Below, piece by piece: positions 49,773 through 58,311 of a DNA stretch of 58,311 bases; within the stretch, counting starts at the first letter, position 1; every line of letters starts with the position of its first letter. Under the pieces are notes generated by a model. The model did no database searches, was not told the origin of the DNA, and saw nothing but the letters and a program-made list of their open reading frames with translations. Both the position numbers and the translations under genes were made by a program. The DNA comes from Crocinitomicaceae bacterium (lineage in GTDB: Bacteria; Bacteroidota; Bacteroidia; Flavobacteriales_D; Parvicellaceae), in contig NZID01000063.1 of the NCBI GenBank assembly GCA_002691605.1, forward strand, positions 1 to 58,311, written 5' to 3'.

Positions 49773-51289
49773 TCTATTGTTGCTGGTGGTTTTGAACTTA
49801 TATCGTAAGTTACTCGATTAATTCCTTTAACGTTATTAATTATTCGGTTGGAAATTTTTGCCAAGAATTCATAGGGTAAATGACACCAATCAGCGGTCAT
49901 TCCATCAGTCGATGAAACGGCTCTTAATGCAACGGCATTTTCATAGGTTCTTTCATCTCCCATAACTCCAACAGATTGTATGGGCAAAAATATTGCTCCT
50001 GCTTGCCAAACCTTATCATAAAGTTTATCTTCTTTTAAACCACTAATAAAAATATGATCTACTTCTTGAAGTATTTCTATTTTATCAGATGTTACTTCAC
50101 CAAGAATCCTAATGGCTAGTCCTGGACCTGGGAAAGGATGTCTATTTAAGATCTGTTTAGGTAATTTTAAAGATTTACCTACTCTTCTAACTTCATCCTT
50201 GAAAAGTGATTTTAAAGGTTCTATAATATTTAATTTCATGTATACTGGTAATCCACCCACATTATGATGAGATTTTATGGTAACTGAGGGACCATTCACC
50301 GATACTGATTCAATAATATCAGGATAAATTGTCCCCTGGGCTAGCCAATCAACGTTTTTAATTTTATTTGCTTCCCTATCAAAAACTTCAATAAAGGTTT
50401 TTCCAATGGCTTTTCTCTTTTCTTCTGGATCTGTGAGACCTTCTAAAGAGCGGTAGAACTTTTCTTTAGAATCTACTCCATTTATGTTTAAACCTAAGGA
50501 TTTGTATTGTTTGATAACGTCAAAATATTCATTTTTTCTTAGAAGACCATTATCCACAAATATACAATGTAAATTTTCACCAATAGCTTTATGTAAAAGT
50601 AAAGCGGCAACACTTGAATCAACACCTCCGGATAAACCAAGGACCACTTTTTGATCTTTAACGGTATTTTTTATATTTAAAACTGACGTATCTACAAAGG
50701 AATTAGGAGTCCAAGTGGGTGAACAATTAGAAATATGAATAACAAAATTTTTTATAATTTGCAAACCATCCTCTGAATGAAATACTTCTGGATGAAATTG
50801 AATTCCAAATAGGTTTCGATCTTTTAATCTAAAAGCAACATTTTTAACATCTTTAGTACTGGCAATACTAATCATATTTGTTCCAAGTTCATTTATAGTG
50901 TCTCCATGAGACATCCAGACTTGAGAATTCAGTCTAACATGATTAAATAGAGGATCTTCAGAATCGATAGACGATAAATTAGCTCTGCCATACTCTCTTG
51001 TATTAGAGCTTATTACTTTACCTTTAAACTTATGGACAAGATACTGAGCACCATAGCAAATACCTAAAATGGGAATAGAAGAATTTATGGACTCTAAATT
51101 TGGAAAAGGCGGTTTAGACTGATTGACTGAAGATGGGCTACCTGAAAGTATAACAGAGTGAAAGTTAAAATTTTCGGGTATTTTATTGTAGGGATGAATT
51201 TCACAATATACATTTAGCTCTCTAACTCTTCTTGCTATCAATTGCGTATATTGAGAGCCAAAATCAAGTATTAGTAAATTTTTACTCAT
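49763..51289 (-). CDS. guaA: GMP synthase (glutamine-hydrolysing)
   Basis: GATase domain ([15 protein letters not shown]), PP-loop [10 protein letters not shown] and the C-terminal ATIEWE end. First ATG is at 51289; the track start at 51295 is a TTG. Confidence 0.95.
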   Translation of the reverse strand: MSKNLLILDFGSQYTQLIARRVRELNVYCEIHPYNKIPENFNFHSVILSGSPSSVNQSKPPFPNLESINSSIPILGICYGAQYLVHKFKGKVISSNTREYGRANLSSIDSEDPLFNHVRLNSQVWMSHGDTINELGTNMISIASTKDVKNVAFRLKDRNLFGIQFHPEVFHSEDGLQIIKNFVIHISNCSPTWTPNSFVDTSVLNIKNTVKDQKVVLGLSGGVDSSVAALLLHKAIGENLHCIFVDNGLLRKNEYFDVIKQYKSLGLNINGVDSKEKFYRSLEGLTDPEEKRKAIGKTFIEVFDREANKIKNVDWLAQGTIYPDIIESVSVNGPSVTIKSHHNVGGLPVYMKLNIIEPLKSLFKDEVRRVGKSLKLPKQILNRHPFPGPGLAIRILGEVTSDKIEILQEVDHIFISGLKEDKLYDKVWQAGAIFLPIQSVGVMGDERTYENAVALRAVSSTDGMTADWCHLPYEFLAKISNRIINNVKGINRVTYDISSKPPATIEWE

Positions 51290-51292
51290 AAA

Positions 51293-51300
51293 CAAATTTA
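51293..51300 (-). promoter_or_regulatory. putative -7 box (TAnnTTTG) for guaA
   Basis: TAAATTTG on the coding strand, 3 nt upstream of the first ATG (51289). It overlaps the TTG used by the ORF track. Confidence 0.35.
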
Positions 51301-51346
51301 ATCATCCCATTTAAAAGATACTGAATACTTTGATTAATTGTTTAAT

Positions 51347-51354
51347 TAATTTTG
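51347..51354 (+). promoter_or_regulatory. putative -7 box (TAnnTTTG) for miaA
   Basis: TAATTTTG, 19 nt upstream of the GTG at 51374. Confidence 0.4.
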
Positions 51355-51373
51355 TTAATTAATAATAATTGGT

Positions 51374-52291
51374 GTGGATAGATCATTATTAATAATCATA
51401 GCAGGTCCGACAGCTGTAGGAAAAACTAAATTGGCTATACAATTAGCAAAAGATTTCCAATCTTCCATATTCTCATGTGATAGTAGACAATTTTATAAAG
51501 AATTGAATATTGGTACAGCTAAACCATCTAAAGATGAGTTAAAAGAAGTAAATCATTCTTTTATCAATAATAAATCTATTCATGACTACTATTCAGCGGG
51601 AGATTATGAAAAAGATATAATTACCCAACTTAATCAATACTTTAAAACTAATAAAATAGCTTTTTTAGTTGGAGGTTCTGGAATGTATATAGATGCAGTT
51701 TGCAAAGGACTAGATCAATTACCTAAAAATCATAAAATAAGAAACCGACTAAATCAACAATTTTTAGACAGGGGAATTAATAATATTCAGAAACAATTAC
51801 AAAATTTAGATCCTGAACATTATTATAAAATGGATATAAATAATCCTCAAAGAATAATAAGAGCTTTGGAAGTATGTATTATAACGGGAAAACCTTATTC
51901 TTCATTTTTATTAAATACATGCAAAAAAAGAAATTTTGATTACTTAAAGTTTCTTTTATATTTAGAGAAGGAACAATTACAATCAAATATTAATTCTAGA
52001 GTTAATCAAATGATTAAAGATGGATTAATTGAAGAGGCAAAAAATTTAACAGATTTCAAAAATTTAAACGCATTAAAAACAGTTGGTTATAAAGAATTAT
52101 ATGAATACTTCAATGGGAGTTTAGATATAAATAGTGCCATTGAAAAGATTAAAATAAACACAAAAAAATATGCTAAGAGACAAATGACTTGGTTTAAAAA
52201 AGATCCCGATTATAAGTGGGTGGAAAATAGTTCCCATTCAAAATCCGTTCATATTATTTCAAAAAGAATCAAAGATTATATTAATGGTTAA
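51374..52291 (+). CDS. miaA: tRNA dimethylallyltransferase
   Basis: P-loop IIAGPTAVGKT, the CDSRQFYKELNIGTAKP motif and QRIIRALEV. GTG start. Confidence 0.9.
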   Translation: MDRSLLIIIAGPTAVGKTKLAIQLAKDFQSSIFSCDSRQFYKELNIGTAKPSKDELKEVNHSFINNKSIHDYYSAGDYEKDIITQLNQYFKTNKIAFLVGGSGMYIDAVCKGLDQLPKNHKIRNRLNQQFLDRGINNIQKQLQNLDPEHYYKMDINNPQRIIRALEVCIITGKPYSSFLLNTCKKRNFDYLKFLLYLEKEQLQSNINSRVNQMIKDGLIEEAKNLTDFKNLNALKTVGYKELYEYFNGSLDINSAIEKIKINTKKYAKRQMTWFKKDPDYKWVENSSHSKSVHIISKRIKDYING

Positions 52292-52312
52292 TGTATATTT
52301 AATAATCATAAA

Positions 52313-53422
52313 ATGAGTTTTTGGACCTATTTTGTAAAAAATTATCCTGAAAATTGGGAAAATAAAGTTGTAAATGACTTTAGAGATAAAAATATAAGTG
52401 ACTTTTTTTGGAAGACCGATTTTGGAGAAATCAATCAATTTTCTAAAACCAAAATTACTTTAAGTCATGGCAAAAGCCAAACTCTTGATCAAATTAGGTG
52501 GAAATTCACATCCAATCAACTTCTGAATAAGAAAATCTTAAGCCGTTTAAATGACGGAATCAATAGTATTTATTTAAAAGAAATTAAGTTTGAAAGTTCC
52601 ATTTTCAATAAAGTAATGGTCGATATTATTGAAAATCATATAACCTTAAATCCATTATGGTCTAGACAGGAAATAAATTTGTGGACTGAATGGGCAACTT
52701 CTATCAAAACGGGATCATTAAGGCTGAACCCTCTATCAAATTTACTCGTAAAATATGATGAAAAGCTATTAGCATCGCAATTACGAACATACAAATTCTA
52801 TATTGATTCATTTGATAATGAAAATTTAAAATGTTTATACGTTCCCAATAATTTGGCTTTAAGCCCCAGTTTTGAAATTGCCGTTTTAGGAGCTTATTTA
52901 AATGAATTGATAGAACTACATCATAAAAACAATATTAAAATTCCAAATAAAATAATTATTGAAACTAGTCTTAATAATAATTATATAGAATCTATTGCTA
53001 AGATAATTTCTATTAGATCTATAGTAAGCCAAATTGCACAAGTTCATCAACTTGATGTTATTATACAAATTGAAACATCTGTTAATTCACAATTATTTAA
53101 AGAAAAAGATTTTGATTTTAGATTGATGTCTATTACCAATATGGCAATGACTTCTTTATTAGGAGGTGCAAATTCATTTGAACTAAGTGATGGTTTAATC
53201 AAATCAAAAGAAGAATATTGGAAAAAAATATTAGTTAATATTCCTTTAATTTTAAAAGAAGAAAGTTATTTAAATAATGAGATGTATAAAGGAGCACATA
53301 TCATTGAGGAATATTCCCTTAAATTGGCTCAGAAGGCGTGGAAAATATTCAAAGAAATAGAAACACAAAATGGATTAATAGAGGTAATTAAAAGCAATCA
53401 ATTTTCTAATTATGTTCAATGA
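52313..53422 (+). CDS. methylmalonyl-CoA mutase small (beta) subunit-like protein, short form
   Basis: Collinear with the MutA barrel region (W-E..V N-terminus; [15 protein letters not shown]; [16 protein letters not shown]; [11 protein letters not shown]; [17 protein letters not shown]). At 369 aa it ends before any B12-domain-like C-terminal module. ATGA overlap with the large subunit gene. Confidence 0.6.
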   Translation: MSFWTYFVKNYPENWENKVVNDFRDKNISDFFWKTDFGEINQFSKTKITLSHGKSQTLDQIRWKFTSNQLLNKKILSRLNDGINSIYLKEIKFESSIFNKVMVDIIENHITLNPLWSRQEINLWTEWATSIKTGSLRLNPLSNLLVKYDEKLLASQLRTYKFYIDSFDNENLKCLYVPNNLALSPSFEIAVLGAYLNELIELHHKNNIKIPNKIIIETSLNNNYIESIAKIISIRSIVSQIAQVHQLDVIIQIETSVNSQLFKEKDFDFRLMSITNMAMTSLLGGANSFELSDGLIKSKEEYWKKILVNIPLILKEESYLNNEMYKGAHIIEEYSLKLAQKAWKIFKEIETQNGLIEVIKSNQFSNYVQ

Positions 53423-55485
53423 ATAGAAAGTCTTTTAAAAATATAAATTTGAACTTTGAGAATAATAATGAGACTTCTTACGGTCATGAAAATTTTTATG
53501 CTGGAATTCCACCTTTTTTAAAAGGTCCCTATTCTACAATGTATTTAACAAGACCCTGGACAATTAGACAATATGCAGGCTTTTCTACAGCCGAAACATC
53601 TAATCAATTTTATAGAAAAAATCTCAAGGAAGGCCAAAAAGGTCTTTCTGTTGCTTTTGATCTACCTACACATAGAGGGTATGATTCTGATCATAAAAGA
53701 GTTTCAGCCGATGTTGGTAAAGCTGGTGTAGCTATTGATACTGTTGAGGATATGAAAATTTTATTCAATGAAATTCCATTAGATAAGATGTCGGTATCTA
53801 TGACCATGAATGGTGCAGTTTTACCCATTATGGCTTTTTATATTGTTGCTGCAGAAGAGCAAAATGTTTCACTAGATCAATTAAATGGTACCATTCAAAA
53901 CGATATTCTTAAAGAATTTATGGTTCGTAATACTTACATATATCCTCCATTACAAAGTATGAGAATTATAGGCGATATATTTCAATACACGTCTCTAAAT
54001 ATGCCTAAATTTAATCCAATAAGTATTTCCGGGTATCATATGCATGAAGCTGGAGCAAATGCTGCGCTCGAATTGGCTTATACATTAGCAAATGGGTTAG
54101 AATATATAAAAAAAGGGATCGATGTTGGGTTAAACATTGACGATTTTGCACCAAGACTGTCCTTTTTTTGGGGTATAGGAATGAATCATTTTGAGGAAAT
54201 AGCTAAAATGAGAGCTGGTAGAATATTATGGGCAAAAATTCTAGAAAGGTTCAAGCCAAAAAATCCTAAATCAATGATGTTACGAGCTCATTGTCAGACT
54301 TCTGGTTGGAGTCTTTCAGAAAAAGATCCTTATAATAATGTTTCAAGAACTTATATAGAAGCCATGGCAGCAGTTATGGGCGGAACTCAATCATTGCACA
54401 CTAACTCATTAGATGAAGCAATTGCATTACCTAGTGAAAATGCTGCAAGAATTGCAAGAAATACCCAATTATTTATTCAAAATGAAACCAAAATCTGCAA
54501 TACTATTGATCCTTTAGGAGGATCTCATTATTTGGAGAAATTAACTCATAATTTAGTAAATGAATCTTGGAAAATTATTGAAGAAATAGAATCGCAGGGA
54601 GGTATGATAAAAGCAATTGAATTAGGAATTCCCAAGATGAGGATAGAACAAGCTGCCGCAAAAAGACAAGCAAATATTGATAGTGGTAAAGAAATAATTA
54701 TTGGCCTTAATGCTTATTTATCTTCAGAGGATAGAAATATTGATACTTTGGTAATTGATAACAAAAAAGTTAAAAATAGTCAGATTCAAAAATTAAAAGA
54801 AATAAAATCTAAACGTAATACTAAAAAAGTAAAAGATTTATTAAATCTATTATCAAAATCTGCTAGAGAAAACAAGGGAAACTTATTAGAAATTGCTATC
54901 CAAGCATCTAGGCAAAGAGCCACTTTGGGTGAAATATCTAAAGCATTAGAAAATGAGTTTGGCAGATATAAAGCTAGTATTAAGACCATTTCTGGAGTAT
55001 ATTCAAATGAAATTATGAATGACAAAGAATTTTTAAACGCCTTAGAACTAACTAAAGAATTTGAAAAAATAGTTGGTAGAAGACCTCGAATTTTAGTTTC
55101 AAAAATGGGTCAGGATGGACATGACAGAGGTGCAAAAGTTGTTGCAACTTCTTTCGCAGATATTGGATTTGATGTAGACATAGGTCCTTTATTCCAAACC
55201 CCTATTGAAGTAGCCAAAAATGCTATTGAAAACGATGTTCATATAATTGGAGTGTCTTCTTTAGCAGCAGGTCACTTAAGTTTAATACCTGATTTATTTA
55301 ATGAGCTGAAAAAATTAAATAGAGATGATATTATGATAATTGTGGGCGGTGTAGTACCAAAGGACGATTATTTAAAATTATTTGAAATGGGTGTTGCCGC
55401 TGTTTTTGGTCCTGGAACCGTAATAGCAAAAGCAGCACAACAAATTCTAAAAATCATGATTAAAGGATTTAAAATTAATGAGTAA
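53419..55485 (+). CDS. scpA: methylmalonyl-CoA mutase large (alpha) subunit
   Basis: [13 protein letters not shown], the substrate barrel, and a C-terminal B12-binding domain with the D-x-H-x-x-G motif ([11 protein letters not shown]) and GVSSLAAGH. Confidence 0.9.
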   Translation: MNRKSFKNINLNFENNNETSYGHENFYAGIPPFLKGPYSTMYLTRPWTIRQYAGFSTAETSNQFYRKNLKEGQKGLSVAFDLPTHRGYDSDHKRVSADVGKAGVAIDTVEDMKILFNEIPLDKMSVSMTMNGAVLPIMAFYIVAAEEQNVSLDQLNGTIQNDILKEFMVRNTYIYPPLQSMRIIGDIFQYTSLNMPKFNPISISGYHMHEAGANAALELAYTLANGLEYIKKGIDVGLNIDDFAPRLSFFWGIGMNHFEEIAKMRAGRILWAKILERFKPKNPKSMMLRAHCQTSGWSLSEKDPYNNVSRTYIEAMAAVMGGTQSLHTNSLDEAIALPSENAARIARNTQLFIQNETKICNTIDPLGGSHYLEKLTHNLVNESWKIIEEIESQGGMIKAIELGIPKMRIEQAAAKRQANIDSGKEIIIGLNAYLSSEDRNIDTLVIDNKKVKNSQIQKLKEIKSKRNTKKVKDLLNLLSKSARENKGNLLEIAIQASRQRATLGEISKALENEFGRYKASIKTISGVYSNEIMNDKEFLNALELTKEFEKIVGRRPRILVSKMGQDGHDRGAKVVATSFADIGFDVDIGPLFQTPIEVAKNAIENDVHIIGVSSLAAGHLSLIPDLFNELKKLNRDDIMIIVGGVVPKDDYLKLFEMGVAAVFGPGTVIAKAAQQILKIMIKGFKINE

Positions 55486-55918
55486 AAAAAAGCCCAATCA
55501 TATAATTATAAAAAGCTTAAATTATCCTGAAAAAGTTCTAATAGCTTGGAGAGAAGCAATTGGAGGAAATTTAGAATTTCGTGATTTTTTAATGAAAAGT
55601 CCCTATAAAGAATTAGGTATGTTTTGTTATGCATTACTAAATGAAAGAAAATCTAGAAAATGGTTAATAGATTATCAATTTGCTCATTTACTGGCTACAA
55701 TTGAAGGAATTGAAGGAAAAGATTCCGCTTTAATTTGGTTAAAAAAAAATGGATTTGATTTATTGTTTCACTTTGCAAGAAGTGCCGATTCTTGGAAAGA
55801 CTCTCAAAAATGGCTGCAAAAAAAAGATAAACTGCTTTATGCAATATCTTTAAAAATTGAATATGTAAAAGATCAAATTGATTTAAAAAATGAAGATCCG
55901 CATAAAATTAATCCTTAA
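55478..55918 (+). CDS. hypothetical helical protein with periodic Trp-Leu motif
   Basis: 146 aa. The start overlaps the mutase large-subunit stop by 8 nt (ATGAGTAA). [12 protein letters not shown] / [12 protein letters not shown] / [12 protein letters not shown] recur with the Trp exactly 25 residues apart (W62, W87, W112). No family recognised. Confidence 0.45.
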   Translation: MSKKKPNHIIIKSLNYPEKVLIAWREAIGGNLEFRDFLMKSPYKELGMFCYALLNERKSRKWLIDYQFAHLLATIEGIEGKDSALIWLKKNGFDLLFHFARSADSWKDSQKWLQKKDKLLYAISLKIEYVKDQIDLKNEDPHKINP

Positions 55919-55928
55919 AATAAATAAA

Positions 55929-56468
55929 TCAATGAAGAATTTCTAAAACTTCACCAGCTTCAATTAATTCTTCCGCTACCGAATCCTTTTCAGCTTGATC
56001 TATCGTTTTTTCAATTTCTTCAATTGATTTTTCGGATTCAACTGGGTGGTGATCTTCCGAGTCGTGCGATTCTGTTGACTGAGAATCTTCAGTTTCATGG
56101 GAATTATCGCTTCCTATAGTAAAGAAATATCCCGCTCCTCCTCCAGCTAGTGCTAAAACTACACCAATAATAATAAAAAGTTTCTTTTTACTTTTCTTAG
56201 GTTTTTCATCTTTAAATTCTTCTGGTTTTTGTGCATTATCATCTTTATCTTCTGAAGCAGGTGATTTTTTAACTATGGGAGTTTTAGACTTGGAAGTAAT
56301 TTCTTTAACTTTTAATTTTTTAGGCCCCCCTTTTGAATAAATTTCTTCTAACCTATTCATTATTGCTTCTTCATCATTTCTAAAAGACCTAGCAATTCTT
56401 TTTGCTAAATAAAGCCGATCAGGATCGTTTTTAATGAAAAAATTTTGGAGCTTAACTAGAAATGACAT
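55929..56468 (-). CDS. single-pass membrane protein with Lys-rich inner linker and acidic/His-rich outer tail
   Basis: 179 aa. A helical N-domain is followed by a Lys/Glu-rich linker ending KPKKSKKK, one TM helix (LFIIIGVVLALAGGGAGYFF), then HETEDSQSTESHDSEDHHPVESE. No family recognised. Confidence 0.45.
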   Translation of the reverse strand: MSFLVKLQNFFIKNDPDRLYLAKRIARSFRNDEEAIMNRLEEIYSKGGPKKLKVKEITSKSKTPIVKKSPASEDKDDNAQKPEEFKDEKPKKSKKKLFIIIGVVLALAGGGAGYFFTIGSDNSHETEDSQSTESHDSEDHHPVESEKSIEEIEKTIDQAEKDSVAEELIEAGEVLEILH

Positions 56469-56532
56469 ATTTAATGATTTTTTTTAAATATATAAAAACT
56501 TAAATAAAATTAGTTGATTGGTTTTAATTATT

Positions 56533-57345
56533 TCAATAAGTGAATTCAATTAAGTAACCAGCATGTCTTCTTATATTTAAAACAGTTTCGTTTTCAAAAA
56601 TAAGATATTGCCCTTTAATACCTATTAATTTCTCTTCAATATAGGGGTTATTATCAAGAGATAATGATTTAACTTTAGATGGATATTTTATTACTGGAAA
56701 ATTAATCTTATGTATAGTTTGATCAAAAACCAGATATTGTTTTAATTCTTTGTCTACATTCAGAATTAATTCATCACGAATCTTTAATAAAGATTCTTTA
56801 TTGAGTTCATTTTTAAGCATTTTTCTCCAATTAGTTTTATCGCTAATATGCTTTTTAAGAGAAATTTCAATAAGGCCAGCTGCTTGCCTGTAGGGTGTTA
56901 TTGCTATTATTAAAGCTTCTGATGCGCCTTGGTCAATCCATCTTGTTGGTATTTGAGTATTTCTGGTTACTCCTACTTTATTTCCTGCAGTTTTGGATAG
57001 ATATACAATATGAGGTTGCATATGGTGTTTCATTTCCCAATCGTAGTCTCTTAAGGCTATACCCTCATGTATTTTACTCAACTCAGGTCTTATTATACTT
57101 TCCACGGCTAAAGGAGAGGATCTAAAGGCATCATAAGACATGCCTTCTCCATAGGCTTTTTTAATTTTTTTACCTGTAACAACACAATTAATTATTCCAG
57201 AATAAGATATTCTTATAGTGGAACCTAGTAATTGATTTAATTGGATTTGGTGATTAGATTTAATAATGTTAAATAAAGGCAAATTGTAGATAACTTCATC
57301 GTCTACATAAGAAGTCATTTTTCTAATATTGCCAACCAAATTCAA
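56533..57345 (-). CDS. DUF2797-like protein
   Basis: 270 aa. The core VYLSKTAGNKVGVTRNTQIPTRWIDQGA...GLIEISLKKHISDKTNWRKML matches my recollection of the DUF2797 conserved block. Assigned from memory only. Confidence 0.45.
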   Translation of the reverse strand: MNLVGNIRKMTSYVDDEVIYNLPLFNIIKSNHQIQLNQLLGSTIRISYSGIINCVVTGKKIKKAYGEGMSYDAFRSSPLAVESIIRPELSKIHEGIALRDYDWEMKHHMQPHIVYLSKTAGNKVGVTRNTQIPTRWIDQGASEALIIAITPYRQAAGLIEISLKKHISDKTNWRKMLKNELNKESLLKIRDELILNVDKELKQYLVFDQTIHKINFPVIKYPSKVKSLSLDNNPYIEEKLIGIKGQYLIFENETVLNIRRHAGYLIEFTY

Positions 57346-57358
57346 AAATTAGATAAAA

Positions 57359-58311
57359 TTATTGAGATTCTAATTGTTTTTTAATTCTAGTGTAATTATC
57401 CATGTCATCAAGATTAAAATAAAGACTCTTCAAAACTCTTAATGTAGATTTATCTGAAGGTGAAAGTGATAGTACTCTTTCTAATAACGGTATGGCTTTT
57501 CTTAACATATCGTCAGCTTTCTTCATTTCTGAATCATACTTTTCTCCAGAATAATCACCAGCTACAGATTTAGCAGTAATTGATTGGTTGTAATATAATG
57601 CTCCTAAATTATAATAAGCATCGACATATTCATTATCCAATTCTATAGCTTTTTTATATCCGTTAATCGCCTTATTCATATAATTAAAAGCTTCCTTGTG
57701 TTTGCTTTCCTTATGGTATTTATTAGATATGTTATCATAAGTAACACCTACATTAAAATGGAGAATTTTATTAGTTGAATCAGATTCAATAGCATTTTCT
57801 AAGGCTTGTTGTGCTTTTTCGTTATCTCCTTTAGAATACCAATAGTTAAATTCTTCAATATTAAGAATATAATCCTTAGGAAATCTTGTTTTTCCTTCAG
57901 CAATTACATTTAATATTTTTTCTTCATTTTTATTTTCTTCTGAATTTAAAACTCTAATCATAGATTGGTACATTTCAGCACCTTTTCCATAATTTACATC
58001 TGCACACATTTTATAATAATGGTATGCTTCTTCTGAATTTTTCATTTTCTCAGCAGATAAAGCAGCATTAATCATGGCTAAAGTATCTGTTAGGTTTAAT
58101 ACTTTAAACATCTGATAGGCCATTTTAAACGAATTAAAAGATTGGTTAAAATCACTTTTTTGAAAAAAATCAACTCCACTGTTTATAGAAATATTTCTGT
58201 ATAAATTAATTTTATTCTTAACATCTGAATTCCATTGATTTTTAATGTCTAACTCTATACATTTTGAAAAAGATCCAAAAGCAATTTCATTCATTTTTTG
58301 ATATCCAATGG
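57359..58311 (-). CDS. TPR-repeat protein (5' end may lie outside window)
   Basis: Several 34-aa TPR-like units (e.g. AFNYMNKAINGYKKAIELDNEYVDAYYNLGALYY). The reading frame stays open from the ATG at 58294 to the window edge, so the true start is uncertain. Confidence 0.6.
   Translation of the reverse strand, partial: IGYQKMNEIAFGSFSKCIELDIKNQWNSDVKNKINLYRNISINSGVDFFQKSDFNQSFNSFKMAYQMFKVLNLTDTLAMINAALSAEKMKNSEEAYHYYKMCADVNYGKGAEMYQSMIRVLNSEENKNEEKILNVIAEGKTRFPKDYILNIEEFNYWYSKGDNEKAQQALENAIESDSTNKILHFNVGVTYDNISNKYHKESKHKEAFNYMNKAINGYKKAIELDNEYVDAYYNLGALYYNQSITAKSVAGDYSGEKYDSEMKKADDMLRKAIPLLERVLSLSPSDKSTLRVLKSLYFNLDDMDNYTRIKKQLESQ

Noticed and set aside
50550-50558. Perfect DnaA-box 9-mer TTATCCACA inside guaA and a one-mismatch copy (TGTGGATAG, 51373..51381) at the miaA start; considered as a possible oriC
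   Set aside because: These are two isolated sites about 800 nt apart, one of them within coding sequence. There is no cluster of boxes, no AT-rich unwinding repeats and no dnaA gene nearby. The pattern is consistent with chance.
9974-52291. Apparent enrichment of tRNA-modification and processing genes (miaE, mnmD, rnz, ttcA, miaA, valS) as a possible functional island
   Set aside because: The genes are scattered over 42 kb, on both strands and in different operons, interleaved with unrelated housekeeping genes. This is what a gene-dense core chromosome region looks like, not a cluster.
2073-57125. Remaining short track ORFs nested in or antisense to annotated genes (2073..2267, 4047..4265, 8157..8342, 15076..15312, 18582..18779, 20585..20806, 21399..21638, 21548..21733, 28982..29176, 32778..33050, 40787..40981, 41310..41492, 54786..55025, 56895..57125)
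   Set aside because: Each is 60-90 aa and entirely overlapped by a longer ORF with clear family motifs. None has its own promoter-like box or a recognisable domain, so I treat them as spurious.
1-58311. Whole-window screen for CRISPR arrays, IS elements or transposases, integrases, phage genes, toxin-antitoxin pairs, known defence genes and alternative genetic code
   Set aside because: There are no direct-repeat/spacer arrays and no transposase, integrase or recombinase-like ORFs. No gap is large enough to hide such elements. All conserved genes read through cleanly with the standard bacterial code, except for the single hydrolase frameshift.

Overview
This window is a dense, AT-rich (about 30% GC by eye) stretch of core chromosome from a member of the Bacteroidota, class Flavobacteriia. 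The taxon call rests on the gliding/T9SS genes gldF, gldG and a porQ-like gene, on type A and type B T9SS C-terminal sorting domains, on a split transketolase, and on TAnnTTTG -7 promoter boxes. I support about 56 protein-coding genes. Nearly all are housekeeping: lpxB, surE, trkAH, pyrRB, glpKF, ettA, valS, ssb, dnaN, rocD, ttcA, ychF, tkt halves, menA, mltG, guaA, miaA and methylmalonyl-CoA mutase. Genes are packed tightly, with many ATGA or TAATG start/stop overlaps and several overlapping convergent 3' ends. The largest non-coding gaps are about 150 nt. I found no rRNA, tRNA or other recognisable RNA gene, no CRISPR array, no transposase, integrase or phage gene, and no recognisable defence system. 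I do not see a compelling novel multi-gene system here and will not invent one. The leads most worth a second look are listed here.

- A methylmalonyl-CoA mutase operon has a truncated small subunit and a translationally coupled 146-aa Trp-repeat protein of unknown function.
- A secreted VWA protein is wedged between, and coupled into, the two transketolase half-genes.
- An orphan STAS protein with an intact phospho-serine motif is translationally coupled to a T9SS cargo gene.
- An 833-aa type-B-CTD surface protein with a convertase P-domain but no protease domain has a small coupled partner and no adjacent sprF-like gene.
- An alpha/beta hydrolase is split by a frameshift next to homopolymer runs.
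- A tail-less SSB forms an isolated transcription unit that carries the only clear intrinsic terminator.
- A consistent set of -7 boxes includes three that abut start codons, suggesting leaderless mRNAs.
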